Source: Candidatus Angelobacter sp. (GTDB taxonomy: Bacteria > Acidobacteriota > Terriglobia > Terriglobales > Acidobacteriaceae). From it: a stretch of DNA of 64,000 nt. Shown here piece after piece: positions 37,574 to 47,049 of this stretch. Each line of letters begins with the position of its first letter. Position 1 is the stretch's first letter. The DNA is taken from NCBI GenBank assembly GCA_035703825.1, contig DASSXL010000219.1, positions 10,189-74,188 on the forward strand. Direction: 5' to 3'. Below the pieces are notes generated by a model. That model did no database searches and had not been told where the DNA came from. It saw only the letters and a list, made by a program, of their open reading frames with translations. The position numbers and the translations under genes were made by a program.

Positions 37574-38775
37574 GATCAGGCGCATTGAGAAAAGAGAAAG
37601 AGGTAGCCGGACGTTTTGGCCCGTATGGCGGCCGATATGTCCCGGAAACGCTGATGGCGGCGCTGGAAGAGTTGGAGCGCGAGTATGACAAAGCGCGGCG
37701 CGACAAGAAGTTTCGCGCCGAGTTTGAACGGCTGTTGAAAGAATATGCCGGCCGGCCAACGGCGCTGTTTCATGCAGCTCGTCTGACGAAAGAGCTGGGC
37801 GGCGCGAAGATTTATCTCAAGCGTGAAGACCTGCTGCACACCGGCGCGCACAAGATCAATAACTGCCTGGGTCAGGCATTGCTCGCCATTCGCATGGGCA
37901 AGAAGCGCATCATCGCGGAAACCGGCGCGGGACAGCACGGGGTTGCCACTGCAACCGTGTGCGCGCTGTTCGGCCTCCAATGCGTCGTCTATATGGGAAC
38001 GGAAGACATGCGGCGACAGGAACTGAATGTCTTCCGCATGCGTCTGCTGGGTGCGGAAGTTCGCGGTGTGGAGTCGGGCTCGCGCACGCTGAAAGATGCG
38101 ATCAATGAGGCAATGCGCGACTGGGTGACCAACGTCCGCGATACGCACTATCTGCTTGGCAGCGTGCTCGGCGCTCATCCTTATCCCACCATGGTGCGCG
38201 ATTTTCATTCCGTGATTGGCCGCGAAGCCCGCGCGCAGATCCTGAAAGCCGAAGGCAGGCTCCCGGCGGCGATCATCGCTTGCGTCGGCGGCGGATCGAA
38301 CGCCATTGGAATTTTCCATGAATTCATCCAAGACAAGCGGGTGAAACTGATTGGCGTGGAAGCCGGCGGGCGCGGAAACGAATTGGGCGAGCATGCTGCG
38401 CGCTTCCGTGGCGGCCTTCCGGGCGTTTTGCAAGGGACCTTTTCGTACGTGCTACAGGATGAACATGGCCAGATTGGGTTGACGCACTCCATCTCTGCCG
38501 GACTGGACTATCCCTCGATTGGGCCGGAACATGCGGCGCTGGCGGATTCAAAGCGAGCCGACTACGTGGCCGCCTCCGATGCTGAAGCGCTGGAAGCCTG
38601 CACGCGGCTGGCGCGGACTGAGGGAATCATTCCTGCGCTGGAGTCATCGCACGCGGTGGCAGAGTGCATCAAGCGCGCGCCGAAGATGAAAAAATCGGAG
38701 ATTGTGATCGTGAATGTTTCCGGCAGGGGAGATAAGGATATTGGGATATTGAGGGAGAACTTGAAGATCGGGTGA
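37570..38775 (+). CDS. trpB: Tryptophan synthase beta chain
   Basis: [48 protein letters not shown]. The stop TGA (38773-38775) lies inside the left arm of the inserted cassette. Confidence 0.95.
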   Translation: MRSGALRKEKEVAGRFGPYGGRYVPETLMAALEELEREYDKARRDKKFRAEFERLLKEYAGRPTALFHAARLTKELGGAKIYLKREDLLHTGAHKINNCLGQALLAIRMGKKRIIAETGAGQHGVATATVCALFGLQCVVYMGTEDMRRQELNVFRMRLLGAEVRGVESGSRTLKDAINEAMRDWVTNVRDTHYLLGSVLGAHPYPTMVRDFHSVIGREARAQILKAEGRLPAAIIACVGGGSNAIGIFHEFIQDKRVKLIGVEAGGRGNELGEHAARFRGGLPGVLQGTFSYVLQDEHGQIGLTHSISAGLDYPSIGPEHAALADSKRADYVAASDAEALEACTRLARTEGIIPALESSHAVAECIKRAPKMKKSEIVIVNVSGRGDKDIGILRENLKIG

Positions 38776-39313
38776 AAATCGGTGCATCTGGAAATCGGGG
38801 CATCGGGACATCAAAAATCTGTACTCGAAAAAACAAATTGGTGGAACATGAGCTTGGATAAACATCAGGAACTGCGAAGAAGGACCAAGGACTTTGCTTT
38901 ACGAATCATGAGAATGTGCCGGACTATCCCAAGCACGCGCGAAACGAACATGATCAACAATCAAATTCTGAGGTCCGCAACTGGAATAGCCGCGAACTAC
39001 AGAGCCGTTGGGTTGGCGCGTTCTAAGGCCGAATTTATTTCCAAGCTCGGCATCGTTCTCGAGGAGGCGGACGAAACGGTATTTTGGCTGGAGCTCTTGA
39101 GTGACAGCGGGATTATTCCGGCATCAAAGTTGCGCGAACTGATGGCGGAAGGAAATGAACTAGTTGCAATTTTTCTCGCGTCGCGAAAGACGGCAAAATC
39201 ATGATAAAGAAGATCAATTCCTCATCTGGCCGGCATACGCTGACTTCTGATGATCCGATGTCCCGATGTCCCGATGTCCCGATTGTCTCCCCCGATCACC
39301 GGATCACCCGATC
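38767..39313. mobile_element. Inverted-repeat-bounded cassette carrying a four-helix-bundle gene, inserted between trpB and trpA
   Basis: Left arm 38767-38812: gatcgggtgaaaatcggtgcatctggaaatcggggcatcgggacatc. The reverse complement of the right arm 39249-39313 begins gatcgggtgatccggtgatcggg and ends catcgggacatcgggacatcggatcatc. This gives imperfect inverted arms of about 45-65 nt around the 38848..39204 gene. Confidence 0.7.
38848..39204 (+). CDS. Four-helix-bundle protein (23S rRNA intervening-sequence protein / Avd-like family)
   Basis: The pattern QILRSATGIAANYRA......R.KAEFISKLGIVLEEADETVFWLELL is characteristic of the PF05635/TIGR02436-type family (recalled from memory). Start placed at ATG 38848. 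Confidence 0.8.
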   Translation: MSLDKHQELRRRTKDFALRIMRMCRTIPSTRETNMINNQILRSATGIAANYRAVGLARSKAEFISKLGIVLEEADETVFWLELLSDSGIIPASKLRELMAEGNELVAIFLASRKTAKS

Positions 39314-40088
39314 TTTTAAGACTCGCCCTGCCCTGGTTGCGTACGTTACCTGTGGTGATCCAAACATCGCTGCCACCCGCGACATCGTTCTGGCTGCCTG
39401 CCGCGGCGGCGCGGACGTGATCGAACTGGGTGTGCCGTTCAGCGATCCCGTGGCGGACGGGCCGGTGATCCAGCGGGCCAGCGAGCGCGCGTTGAAGCAG
39501 GGCACGTCGCTGGAGGACGTATTGCGGCTGGCGGCGGAAGTGCGCAAGGAAACGGATGCCGGGCTGATCGTATTTACGTATCTGAATCCGATTCTGCGTT
39601 TTGGCGTGGAACGCTTTTGCGTTGAAGCCGCAAAGGCCGGCGTGGACGGCGCTCTGGTCACTGACCTGACGGTGGAAGAAGCGGACGAGTATCGCCGCAT
39701 GATGGCGGCGCACAACCTGGATTGCGTTTTCCTGGCGGCGCCAACCAGCCCCGACCAGCGGCTGAAGGCGATCACCGCGGCGTGCCACGGTTTTGTGTAT
39801 GCGGTTTCACGCACCGGCATCACGGGAGCGCAGAAGCAGCTTGCGGCCGACGCCCAGGGCCTGGTCAAGCGAATTCGCAAATTCACAACACTGCCGATCG
39901 CGATAGGTTTTGGCATCTCCAGCCCGCAGCAGTTTGCGGAAGCCGGAAAATTTGCTGATGGAGTAGCAGTCGGCAGCGCGATTGTGCAGTTGATCGAGCA
40001 GAATCCGGGCAATGAAGCCAATGCGGTGGAAGAGTTTGTGCGAAGCCTTAAAGCGGGCGTAGACAGCGTGGGTGCTTCACAAGGTTAA
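39258..40088 (+). CDS. trpA: Tryptophan synthase alpha chain
   Basis: ALVAYVTCGDPN, IELGVPFSDPVADGPVIQ, and the C-terminal GFGIS....ADGVAVGSA. Both possible in-frame ATGs (39258 and 39201) lie in or upstream of the cassette right arm. No start codon exists downstream of the repeat. Confidence 0.85.
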   Translation: MSRCPDVPIVSPDHRITRSFKTRPALVAYVTCGDPNIAATRDIVLAACRGGADVIELGVPFSDPVADGPVIQRASERALKQGTSLEDVLRLAAEVRKETDAGLIVFTYLNPILRFGVERFCVEAAKAGVDGALVTDLTVEEADEYRRMMAAHNLDCVFLAAPTSPDQRLKAITAACHGFVYAVSRTGITGAQKQLAADAQGLVKRIRKFTTLPIAIGFGISSPQQFAEAGKFADGVAVGSAIVQLIEQNPGNEANAVEEFVRSLKAGVDSVGASQG

Positions 40089-40164
40089 TATCATTAAGTT
40101 ATTCTATACGGGCTTTAATTTAATTAAGTTTAATCAGGCATCAGTGCCTGTAAATCAGGACGCA

Positions 40165-40491
40165 ATGACTATGGAGATTGCCGACTGGCGCAACAAGATC
40201 GATGAGCTTGACCGCAGCCTGGTTGACCTGTTGAATCAACGCGCTGAGGCCGCGCATGAAATCGGCAAGCTGAAGCGGAACACCCGCATGCCGATCTACG
40301 AGCCGGAGCGCGAGAAGAGGATTTTTGAGAATGTGCTGCGCGCCAACCGTGGGCCGCTGCCTGACGGCGAACTGCGCACGGTATACGAAAGAATCATCGA
40401 TGTGATGCGCAACATCCAGAAGAATGAGATTGCGCCAAAAGTGCCGGCCGGGGATGGCCGGACAGAATTTGACACGGAAATGAACGACTGA
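40165..40491 (+). CDS. Chorismate mutase (AroQ class)
   Basis: RNKIDELDRSLVDLLNQRAEAAHEIGKLK...PIYEPEREKRIFENV is the typical AroQ helix pattern. Start placed at ATG 40165. Confidence 0.8.
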   Translation: MTMEIADWRNKIDELDRSLVDLLNQRAEAAHEIGKLKRNTRMPIYEPEREKRIFENVLRANRGPLPDGELRTVYERIIDVMRNIQKNEIAPKVPAGDGRTEFDTEMND

Positions 40492-40639
40492 TTCTGAAAT
40501 CCCCGAGCGGAGCGAGCGAGCCCCATGGCCGCAAGAGGCTTGGGGGTTGAGATAGGAATCTGAACAAAACTTTAAGAGATTGGAAGGACATAGGGGTCCC
40601 TCACCCGCAAAGAACGCGGGATTCGGGATTTCAGAAAAA
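40491..40639. repeat. MITE-like palindromic element, copy C (fills the chorismate mutase - DAHP synthase spacer)
   Basis: Ends attctgaaatccccgagcgg... and ggggtccctcacccgcaaagaacgcgggattcgggatttcagaaaaac. It starts at the last base of the upstream stop codon and ends 2 nt before ATG 40642. Confidence 0.8.
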
Positions 40640-40641
40640 CA

Positions 40642-41658
40642 ATGATCGTCGCAATGCAGGAACAAGCTACCGAGGAACAAATCCAGCAGGTGATTGAGCG
40701 CCTGATCGAGATGGGATTTGAGGTCCACCGCTCTACCGGCGCGCGGCAGACTGTGCTGGGCGCGGTGGGCGCGCGCCACGAGTTTGACATTCGCGATATT
40801 GAGGTGCTCCCCGGCGTGGGCGACGCCCATCGGATAAGCTCGCCGTACAAGCTGGTGGCCCGCAGCTTCCGCCCTGAAGGGACTGTGGTGAAGTTCAAGC
40901 GAGGAGTGAGCATCGGCGGCGACGAAGTGGTGCTGATGGCCGGCCCGTGCTCGGTGGAATCGCGCGACCAGATTTTTGCCGTCGCGGAATCCGTGGCCCG
41001 CTCCGGGGCCAAGTTCCTGCGCGGCGGCGCGTTCAAGCCGCGCAGCTCGCCTTATACCTTTCAGGGACTGGGCGAGGAAGCGCTCAAGCTCATGCGCGAA
41101 GCGGCGGACAAATTTGACATGCTGGTGGTGAGCGAGGTGATGGAGATTTCCCAGATCCCGCTGATGCTGCCCTATGTTGACCTGCTGCAGGTGGGCGCGC
41201 GCAACATGCAGAATTTCAACCTGCTGCGCGAGTTGGGCAAGGTGCGCAAGCCGGTGCTGCTGAAGCGCGGCATAGCCGCCACCATTGAAGAGCTGTTGCT
41301 CTCGGCGGAATACCTGATGGCGGGCGGCAACTATGAAATCATCGTGTGTGAGCGCGGTATCCGGACCTTTGAGACTTATACCCGCAATACGATGGATATT
41401 TCCGCCATCCCGATCGTCAAGAAGCTTTCTCATCTTCCCATTCTTGCCGACCCCTCGCACGGCACCGGCCGCCGTGAAAAGGTTTCTCCCATGGGCCGGG
41501 CCGCCATTGCGGCCGGGGCAGACGGCCTGCTGATTGAAGTGCATAACTGCCCGGACAAGGCCCTCTCGGATGGCGCGCAGTCGCTGTACCCCGAACAGTT
41601 CGCACAACTTGTGGGACAGCTTCGGGTGATTGCGCCTGCGGTCGGGCGCAGGCTTTGA
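40642..41658 (+). CDS. 3-deoxy-7-phosphoheptulonate (DAHP) synthase, type I-beta, with an N-terminal ~70 aa regulatory domain
   Basis: GPCSVES, LRGGAFKPRSSPYTFQGLG, LKRG, ERGIRTFE, DPSHGTG. The N-terminal MIVAMQEQATEEQIQQVIERLIEMGFEVHRS looks like a ferredoxin-like / ACT-type domain. Confidence 0.85.
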   Translation: MIVAMQEQATEEQIQQVIERLIEMGFEVHRSTGARQTVLGAVGARHEFDIRDIEVLPGVGDAHRISSPYKLVARSFRPEGTVVKFKRGVSIGGDEVVLMAGPCSVESRDQIFAVAESVARSGAKFLRGGAFKPRSSPYTFQGLGEEALKLMREAADKFDMLVVSEVMEISQIPLMLPYVDLLQVGARNMQNFNLLRELGKVRKPVLLKRGIAATIEELLLSAEYLMAGGNYEIIVCERGIRTFETYTRNTMDISAIPIVKKLSHLPILADPSHGTGRREKVSPMGRAAIAAGADGLLIEVHNCPDKALSDGAQSLYPEQFAQLVGQLRVIAPAVGRRL

Positions 41659-41836
41659 TGAAACCTTGAACGAGATGCTTTAAAGCCATACGGCGGATTT
41701 TCACAGACTCGGTTAGAATTTCCTTAATTGCCCACACGACGGGGGGCTTGAGCCGGGGCTCTCAAGCCGCAGACGGAGAAGCTTGCGGTTAATACTTTTA
41801 GGCACACAGCCTGAAGGGGAGTCTCTTTCTAAAGAC

Positions 41837-43240
41837 ATGGCGTTCAAGCAGATCACCATTATCGGCACCGGACTGATCGGCGGATCACTGGGACTGGCTC
41901 TGAAGGCGGCCGGCTTCGGCGGCAAGATTATTGGCTGCGACCGCCGGGCTGTCCTTGACCGAGCGCGCTCCATGCGTGCCATCGACATGGGGACGGAAGA
42001 TCCTGTGGAAGCCGTTGCCGGCAGCGACCTGATCGTGCTGGCTACGCCTGTGGGCGGGATCATTGACCTTATCGAGCGCATTGGGCCTATCGCCCCGCCG
42101 GAAGCTCTCATAACAGATGTTGGCAGCACCAAGAAGGAAATTCTGGAACGGGCACGGGCCGTGTTTGGAGACAAAGCTCCGCAGCGATTTATCGGGGGCC
42201 ACCCGATGGCGGGCAAAGAGCATAGCGGCCTGGAAAATGCCGAATCGAAGCTTTTTATGAATGCCGTGTGGCTGCTGGTGCCGCAACCCAACCAGGCCAC
42301 TGACCGCGGCAGGATCAAGGATTACTGTGAGCTGCTGGAAAGAATGGGCGTTCGAATATTGAAGATTGAGGCCGAGCGCCATGACCAGATATGCGCGTGG
42401 ACGAGCCACCTGCCGCAGTTGATCTCAACGGCCCTGGCCGCGACCCTGGTGGAAGAACTAGGCGACAATCCTGACGTGCATGCCATTGGCGGGCGCGCGC
42501 TGCGCGAGATGACGCGCATAGCCTCCAGTCCGTATTCCATGTGGCGCGACATCGCGCATACCAACACGGCGAATCTTGAAGCCGCGCTCAGCAAACTGGA
42601 GCAGCGGCTGGTGCATATCCGGGAAAACCTGCGGACGCCGGCGCTGCGCGAAGAGTTTGACCACGCCAATCACTTTGAGATTGGCACGCGGGACGTGGCC
42701 GCCACGGTGCTGGTGCTTCCAGGCTGGCAGAATTCCGGCCCGCGCCACTGGCAGACGCTGTGGGAGCAGCAGAACCCTATCTTCCTGCGTGTGCAACAGC
42801 GGGACTGGGAGTTTCCTCATCGCGATTGGTGGCTGGAGCGTATCACGGCGGAGGTAAAACAGTCGCCCGCGCCAATTGTTTTTGCCGCGCACAGCCTGGG
42901 CTGTATTGCCCTGGCGCACTGGTGCAAGGCCGCCCCCGCAGACGTGCACAAGGTGAAAGGCGCGCTGCTGGTGGCGCCCGCGGACGTGGACAGCAAAGAC
43001 TCTCCCAAACAGCTCAAGGATTTCTCGCCGGTGCCCAGCGAACTGCTTCCATTCCCGTCCATCGTGGTGGCCAGCAGCACCGATCCTTACCTGACCATTG
43101 CCCGTGCGCGGGAGTTTGCGCGCTCATGGGGCAGCCGGTTTGTCGATATCGGCGCCGCGGGACATATCAATGGAGAATCCGGTCTGGGCGACTGGCCGGA
43201 AGGGAAGCGGCTGCTGCGGCATCTGGTTGAGGGCGAGTGA
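41837..43240 (+). CDS. tyrA: Prephenate/arogenate dehydrogenase fused to a C-terminal YdeN/RBBP9-type alpha/beta serine hydrolase domain
   Basis: The N-terminus ITIIGTGLIGGSLGLALK (Rossmann), GGHPMAG and a dimerisation region fit TyrA. From about residue 290 on, VLVLPGWQNSGPRHWQ, AHSLGC and GHIN resemble the Ser_hydrolase (PF06821-like) family. Confidence 0.8.
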   Translation: MAFKQITIIGTGLIGGSLGLALKAAGFGGKIIGCDRRAVLDRARSMRAIDMGTEDPVEAVAGSDLIVLATPVGGIIDLIERIGPIAPPEALITDVGSTKKEILERARAVFGDKAPQRFIGGHPMAGKEHSGLENAESKLFMNAVWLLVPQPNQATDRGRIKDYCELLERMGVRILKIEAERHDQICAWTSHLPQLISTALAATLVEELGDNPDVHAIGGRALREMTRIASSPYSMWRDIAHTNTANLEAALSKLEQRLVHIRENLRTPALREEFDHANHFEIGTRDVAATVLVLPGWQNSGPRHWQTLWEQQNPIFLRVQQRDWEFPHRDWWLERITAEVKQSPAPIVFAAHSLGCIALAHWCKAAPADVHKVKGALLVAPADVDSKDSPKQLKDFSPVPSELLPFPSIVVASSTDPYLTIARAREFARSWGSRFVDIGAAGHINGESGLGDWPEGKRLLRHLVEGE

Positions 43241-43276
43241 TAGACATCTGCGTCGCACCTGGGCTGATGGTGTTTC

Positions 43277-43319
43277 CGGGCAAGCCCCTGAGGGGATTTC
43301 AGGGGCTTGCCCGTTTTAC
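43277..43319. terminator. Bidirectional rho-independent terminator between convergent genes
   Basis: Perfect 14 bp stem cgggcaagcccctg / caggggcttgcccg (43277-43290 / 43300-43313) followed by ttttact. Confidence 0.8.
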
Positions 43320-43379
43320 TTGCATGGTCCGACTAGTGACTAGCGGGTGTTTGCATCAACAACGCTTCTGGTGCAGGGT

Positions 43380-44519
43380 TTAATAGCGAGAAACATTCCC
43401 CGCGTTAGCTCCCGCCACGATAAAGTCAGGAGTCCCATCGATCACCGCGTTTTGAAGAGTGATCCCCGTGGCGCTGATCGCGTTCACCAGGAAACCATTT
43501 CCGTTGTTGTGCCCGACGTCCCCGGCAAAAAATGCGTTCGAGATCAGCACGCCCTTTGTGACAATCCCAGGCGTACCGTCGTTCTGTAGCTGATACGCGC
43601 CGTTCAGTTGCTCATGATGCGAGCCGATGAAGGTCACCTGCTTGGCGCCGTAGAGTTGAACGCCGATGTTTGCCACCTGGGAGGTCAAATTAACGAAGTG
43701 AATCGAAGTTGGAGTATAGGTTCCGCCGGCGAGATTCCCAAGAAATACGTTGGCCCATCCGTCACCAACCCGTCCACCACCATCGAAGTGACAATCAATA
43801 CAATCGATTTGGGCATTGTAGCCTTCCACGCGGAAGTCTGGCCCTCCTCCACCCAGGCTAACGAGCGGCCTGGTGGCCCAGATATTCCGGAAGCTGAGAA
43901 ACTGATTTGCTGCCGCTGCGCTCCCGGTTGGGCCGAATAGGCCTATCGCTGAGCCGTGAAAGCCCTCGCCCTGGGTAGCAGAACCGAAGTAAAGGTCCTC
44001 GAAACTGGAATGCCATATGCCCGCATTGGTTAGAGTGCTGCAGTCAAGCCAAATTCCACTTTGAGAGGTGTTGCCGGAGGCAGCATAGAGGCGAAATCCG
44101 TAAAGGTATACGTCCGTGGCGGGAACGCCGCTGGTTTGGGGCAGCATGAACATCGGGGTGTTGTTCGTGCTAGTGGATTGCAGAATTGTCCCGGCGTCGG
44201 AGGCCCCCATTCCTATGATCCGGAAGCCTTTCCGCAGGATCATGTGGTCCACACTGTAAGTAAATGGTCCAAGATAGATTGTGACTACCTTGTTTCCAGG
44301 ATCCAGAGTGCCGATGGTTAGACTGGTACTGGAACTGGTAGCGTAGATGGTGCATCCCTTCACCGGGCAAACGTTGTCTACAATGTTCTGATAGGTAAGT
44401 GGGGGGTTCGTGAATATAGAGTTAGTATATTGCTCGGCATAGATGATTGCGTTGGTGTTCTGTGCGCAGGCGGGCAAACTAATCAAGAAGACGGCTAGCA
44501 GCAGTTTTTTCAAGTGCAT
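43380..44519 (-). CDS. Secreted (lipobox LPAC) right-handed beta-helix / pectate-lyase-fold-like protein
   Basis: Signal peptide MHLKKLLLAVFLISLPAC. Gly/Asn/Thr-rich repetitive beta-strand pattern. GC is lower than in neighbouring genes and the flanks are AT-rich. Confidence 0.6.
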   Translation of the reverse strand: MHLKKLLLAVFLISLPACAQNTNAIIYAEQYTNSIFTNPPLTYQNIVDNVCPVKGCTIYATSSSTSLTIGTLDPGNKVVTIYLGPFTYSVDHMILRKGFRIIGMGASDAGTILQSTSTNNTPMFMLPQTSGVPATDVYLYGFRLYAASGNTSQSGIWLDCSTLTNAGIWHSSFEDLYFGSATQGEGFHGSAIGLFGPTGSAAAANQFLSFRNIWATRPLVSLGGGGPDFRVEGYNAQIDCIDCHFDGGGRVGDGWANVFLGNLAGGTYTPTSIHFVNLTSQVANIGVQLYGAKQVTFIGSHHEQLNGAYQLQNDGTPGIVTKGVLISNAFFAGDVGHNNGNGFLVNAISATGITLQNAVIDGTPDFIVAGANAGNVSRY

Positions 44520-44793
44520 GTTTTTTCCCTTCTATAGTTGATGGTAGTTGTAAAGCACTGGTTAACTATTATGAACTAAAAGTATCGGCACTCATACTAT
44601 TTCAGCTCGCGGACGTGACTGCTAGTTCATATTTGGGAACACGGGAGGCCATGCCCTTTTTCTGAAGACGTACAGTGCGTTCGCGAAAACGGCCGCTTTC
44701 CTCTTGCGCGTGGCTGGCGCCGCTGCTGACCGGCTGTTGTTGCGTACGGAGACGTTTGCAGTCCTCCATCACGCTGGTTAGAATCATCTGTTT

Positions 44794-45492
44794 ATGAATA
44801 AAGTCGTTTCCAGCGCTGATGAGGCCGTCCGCGACGTAAAAGACGGGTCCATGATTATGGTTGGCGGTTTCGGCCTGTGCGGCATTCCGGCCGATCTTAT
44901 CGATGCCCTGGTCCGCAAGGGCGTGCAAAACCTGACCACGGTTTCCAACAATGCCGGCGTGGACGAATTCGGCTTGGGCAAGCTTCTCTACACCGGACAG
45001 ATCAAAAAACATATTGGTTCTTACGTCGGCGAGAACAAGCTGTTCGAGCAGCTTGTTCTCAGCGGCAAGGTGGTGCTGGAATTGAATCCGCAGGGCACGC
45101 TGGCCGAGCGCATCCGCGCAGGGGGCGCGGGCATTCCCGCTTTTTTTACCCCGACAGGCGCCGGCACGGTGGTCTCAGAAAATAAAGAGATCCGCGAATT
45201 TGATGGCCGCCCTTATGTGATGGAACGCGCCCTGAAAGCCGACTTCGCCTTGATCAAAGCGTGGAAGGCCGACCGCTGGGGCAATTTGATTTTTCGCAAG
45301 ACCGCACGAAACTTCAATCCGGTGATGGCCACGGCAGCGCGCGTCACCATTGCCGAAGTGGAAGAGATCGTGGAGCCAGGACAACTTGATCCTGATGGCG
45401 TTCACCTGGCCAGCGTTTACGTGAAACGGATCGTGCTGAGCACGGGACAGCAAAAGCGGATTGAGAAGCATACGGTGAGGAAGAGGGCCTGA
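44794..45492 (+). CDS. scoA: 3-oxoacid CoA-transferase subunit A
   Basis: DGSMIMVGGFGLCGIP, ELNPQGTLAERIRAGGAGIPAFFT, and related motifs. Confidence 0.9.
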   Translation: MNKVVSSADEAVRDVKDGSMIMVGGFGLCGIPADLIDALVRKGVQNLTTVSNNAGVDEFGLGKLLYTGQIKKHIGSYVGENKLFEQLVLSGKVVLELNPQGTLAERIRAGGAGIPAFFTPTGAGTVVSENKEIREFDGRPYVMERALKADFALIKAWKADRWGNLIFRKTARNFNPVMATAARVTIAEVEEIVEPGQLDPDGVHLASVYVKRIVLSTGQQKRIEKHTVRKRA

Positions 45493-45493
45493 T

Positions 45494-46027
45494 ATGCGAA
45501 CGAGCTGCCTGGAAATAGAAGCTGCGGCCAGAGAAAGCGAGGGCTTGCTCAAGAACACAGGTGCGCGTTGGGGCGTTGTCGCCGCACTCATGGTCGGGCC
45601 GGAGCGCAAAGAGCCGATGATTTCCGTTCCGGAGCTCCGAGCCATTGCTGGTTGCGGTATAGATGGCGACCGCTATTGCCGTGAAGCAGGAACATTCTCC
45701 AGGAAGTCGCCATCCAATCAAATGACATTGGTTGAAATGGAGGCGCTGAAAGCGGTGGCGCAGGAGTACGGTTTTTCCATCGCCGCCGAAGAATCGCGCA
45801 GGAATGTCGTGACCTGCGGCGTGGCCCTCAATCACTTGGTGGGACGCGAATTTACAATTGGCGGCGTGCGTCTGCGCGGCTTGAGGTTGTGCGAGCCTTG
45901 CTCTCATCTGGAGCAACTCACTGGAAAACAGATGATCAAGGCGTTGCGCCATCGGGGCGGTCTTCGGGCTGAAATCCTGAATGACGGCGTGATCAAAGTG
46001 GGCGACATCATTACGGAAACGAACTGA
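45494..46027 (+). CDS. MOSC domain-containing protein
   Basis: [38 protein letters not shown] and [17 protein letters not shown] fit the MOSC beta-barrel pattern. It sits 1 nt after the scoA stop and ends 2 nt before the scoB ATG. Confidence 0.75.
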   Translation: MRTSCLEIEAAARESEGLLKNTGARWGVVAALMVGPERKEPMISVPELRAIAGCGIDGDRYCREAGTFSRKSPSNQMTLVEMEALKAVAQEYGFSIAAEESRRNVVTCGVALNHLVGREFTIGGVRLRGLRLCEPCSHLEQLTGKQMIKALRHRGGLRAEILNDGVIKVGDIITETN

Positions 46028-46029
46028 CT

Positions 46030-46722
<693 letters not shown>

Positions 46723-46768
46723 AACAACCAATATCCTTCTCAGGCAATCGAGAAAGAGATAGGTTGCG

Positions 46769-46999
46769 ATGGAGGAAATGAAGATGCGTGCAGATCGTGC
46801 TGAAGTTTCGTGGGATACCGAGAAATCAAAGTGGCTGGTCCGCATTACTGTCGGCGAAGAGGTCGTACGGCGTTATTGCAGTCTGCCCCAGAATGCAAAT
46901 GAAAGCGAACTTCGTTCAGCCGCGCAGTCCACGTTGAAAGACGAAGGCTATGAGCTTGAGGGCGTGGCCATTACGATCCAGCAAGCGAAAGTGGCCTGA
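46769..46999 (+). CDS. Hypothetical small protein
   Basis: 76 aa ORF with ordinary composition and no recognised motif. Confidence 0.35.
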   Translation: MEEMKMRADRAEVSWDTEKSKWLVRITVGEEVVRRYCSLPQNANESELRSAAQSTLKDEGYELEGVAITIQQAKVA

Positions 47000-47049
47000 A
47001 CTGGAAGCTGAAAGCCAGTTTCAGACTGGGATCGTGGTCAACGCCTCGC

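Noticed and set aside
40141-41607. 488 aa minus-strand ORF, with similar long antisense ORFs at 36044..37177, 31496..32725, 51466..52533, 45904..46845 and 37576..38433
   Set aside because: Each lies opposite a confidently identified gene (DAHP synthase, trpC, mutase, gpmI, scoB, trpB). They have Arg/Ala/His-rich composition without motifs and are shadow ORFs of GC-rich coding sequence.
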